From: Spirochaetia bacterium
Lineage (GTDB): Bacteria > Spirochaetota > Spirochaetia > WTKD01 > G963693115
Assembly (NCBI GenBank): GCA_965226055.1
Contig: CBDDCA010000005.1
Coordinates: 576,001 to 640,000 of the forward strand
Direction: 5' to 3'
Length of the DNA stretch: 64,000 bases
In this document: one piece after another, positions 62,169-64,000 of the stretch
Numbering within the stretch: position 1 is the first letter of the stretch
Layout of the letters: each line of letters starts with the position of its first letter
Notes under the pieces: generated by a model
Databases searched by the model: none
Told to the model about the DNA's origin: nothing
What the model saw: the letters and a program-made list of their open reading frames with translations, nothing else
Position numbers and translations under genes: made by a program

Positions 62169-63998
62169 TTAGTTGGGAAATGTCCAAACATCATCGATGT
62201 CTTTAAAATTCTCTATCTCTCCCCCTAGTAAAAAGATTTTGTTCTTGAATACCTCAGCAGCATAGCTGTCAATTTCTTTATGGTTTATGGTAGCACTGTG
62301 TACTTTCCACACTTCTCCATCAGCACTACTCCATACATCACTCGTATTAGTACCCCCAACCACCCACATCTTATTATCAAATACTACAGTATCAAATTCG
62401 GAACCAGACCTCCAAATTGAACTTGTAGTATGCCTTTTCCATACAATCCCATCATCACTACTCCATATGTTATTAGTACTAAAATCTGTCTTGTCTCCTC
62501 CTCCTATAGCCCATATCTTACTCTTAAACACTACAACACCATAAGGATAACCAGAATATTCCCATAATTTAGTATCATCACTAGTAGAATCACTTATACT
62601 ATGCTCTTCCCATACATTCCCATCAGCACTGCTCCATACATCACTGTAGTTACCAGTCTCAGGATCTGCAGCTCCTCCTATAATCCAGATCTTATTCTGA
62701 AATTCCACAGCTGTTAAGCCACGTTCATCCCAAATAGTATTTGTTCCATTTTTGTTACTCGTGGTGTGCTTTTTCCATACTTCTCCATCAGCACTGCTCC
62801 ACACATCATTTAGTGGTCCATAAGGTTTTTGTTTAACCCCTCCCATAACCCATATCCTACTGTTAAACACTACAGAAGCATGTTCCCTACGTCTACTCCA
62901 AATAGTACTTGTTTTATCTTCGTTACTCGTGGTATGCTTTTTCCATACCTGCCCATCAGCACTACTCCATACATCATTAAGAAAATTACCATTACTATCT
63001 CCTCCCAATACCCATATTCTATTCTTAAACACTACAGAACCATGAAATCTACGTTTACTCCAAATATCCTTCTCTTTGGGATCCTCATTGCTGGTAACCA
63101 GTTGCTTCCATGTGTACAAATCATATATATCATCTATCGTATATTCTCCTGTTATTTGATTAGTACTATTTCCATTTCTACTTGCTACTCCTAATACTGT
63201 TCCTGCTGGAAACTCTGCTTTCCATGTCTCGTCTTGTGCCAAGTCACTTTTAGTGAGCGTAATCTGTATCTTCTTCTCATCGGTACTATCCACTGCTATC
63301 GTCCTATCGGAAGTTCCTAAGGGACTAAAACTTCCTCCTTTTGCTTTTTTAGATACCACTATACTATCTGGGGCTATGAGCTCTACCTCTACAGGAAACG
63401 ATACTTCTAATACCTTTTTCTTTGCTACCTTCAGTTTCGTTCCTGCATTCAACACAGGGCCATCTCCTATCGTTATGTCCTTATTTGTCGGGGTTATTGC
63501 CTCATTTCCTTCTTTCCCAGAGAGCAAGGCTCCCTCTTCAAATGCTAAGCGATACTTCTCTTTATTCTGTGGGGTTGGCACTGTTATTTTTAGCACTTTC
63601 TCATCATTCGTATCTTTTGCTATATTACTCCCCGATACTGCCACATCGGTATACGAACTTCCTCCTACTGCCTGCTTCTTCACTTTTATCTTGCTCTTAT
63701 CTAAAAATGCTATATTCTTATCAAAGCTCACTATTATCACTGTTCCTACTCGATACGGATCTTTACTTGTATCTAATACTGCTCCTCCTGCTATCACTAT
63801 ATCCTTGTCGGTCGGTGCTATTGTTCTATTTCCTTCATTTCCAGAGGATACCGCTCCTGCTTCAAACTCTAAGCGATAGGTGTCATTCTTCTTTGGGGTT
63901 GGTACTGTTATTTTTAGCACTTTCTCATTGTTCGTATCTTTTACTATACTATTATCTGGTACTGCTGTATCATCCAGTTCTGTAAATGTGCCTCCTGA
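62169..63998 (-). CDS. Large surface protein: tandem Ig-like domains plus Kelch-like beta-propeller, 5' partial
   Basis: Frame is open to the window end. Repeated 'KDTN.EKVLKITVPTP....YRL.FE.GA' domains and about six 'VF..(R/K)IW..GG....DVWSSADG..W' blades. Confidence 0.75.
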   Translation of the reverse strand, partial: SGGTFTELDDTAVPDNSIVKDTNNEKVLKITVPTPKKNDTYRLEFEAGAVSSGNEGNRTIAPTDKDIVIAGGAVLDTSKDPYRVGTVIIVSFDKNIAFLDKSKIKVKKQAVGGSSYTDVAVSGSNIAKDTNDEKVLKITVPTPQNKEKYRLAFEEGALLSGKEGNEAITPTNKDITIGDGPVLNAGTKLKVAKKKVLEVSFPVEVELIAPDSIVVSKKAKGGSFSPLGTSDRTIAVDSTDEKKIQITLTKSDLAQDETWKAEFPAGTVLGVASRNGNSTNQITGEYTIDDIYDLYTWKQLVTSNEDPKEKDIWSKRRFHGSVVFKNRIWVLGGDSNGNFLNDVWSSADGQVWKKHTTSNEDKTSTIWSRRREHASVVFNSRIWVMGGVKQKPYGPLNDVWSSADGEVWKKHTTSNKNGTNTIWDERGLTAVEFQNKIWIIGGAADPETGNYSDVWSSADGNVWEEHSISDSTSDDTKLWEYSGYPYGVVVFKSKIWAIGGGDKTDFSTNNIWSSDDGIVWKRHTTSSIWRSGSEFDTVVFDNKMWVVGGTNTSDVWSSADGEVWKVHSATINHKEIDSYAAEVFKNKIFLLGGEIENFKDIDDVWTFPN

Positions 63999-64000
63999 TG

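Noticed and set aside
63253-63985. Plus-strand ORFs of 208 and 187 aa
   Set aside because: Antisense to the motif-bearing surface protein.

Overview
AT-rich chromosomal segment, most likely from a host-associated Spirochaetota bacterium. Support for that assignment: a spiro-SPASM protein, the rplU-prp-rpmA-obgE-nadD-yqeK-LCP-rsfS block and many lipoproteins. Housekeeping genes include msrB, a phosphohexomutase, an OAH sulfhydrylase, xseAB, a DegT aminotransferase, an AddAB-like helicase/nuclease pair, a GH3 plus sugar ABC operon and a xylulokinase. The window also has a stand-alone 23S rRNA gene, an intact IS30-family element, a solo copy of its left end, and an orphan DNA methyltransferase islet. 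The main feature is an 11 kb tandem array of six BspA/DUF285 lipoprotein genes (37094-48212) built from 13 capped repeat modules that appear shuffled between genes. Three of these genes have paralogous sigma70 promoters whose -35/-10 spacer is a poly-T tract of different length (16, 19 and 17 bp), making it a candidate combinatorial, phase-variable surface-binder locus. Other oddities are a cofactor-less CoxL/S/M-like trio, a Prp protease whose L27 substrate has no extension, and repeated leaderless-type gene starts. All calls were made by eye from motifs; no database searches were run.
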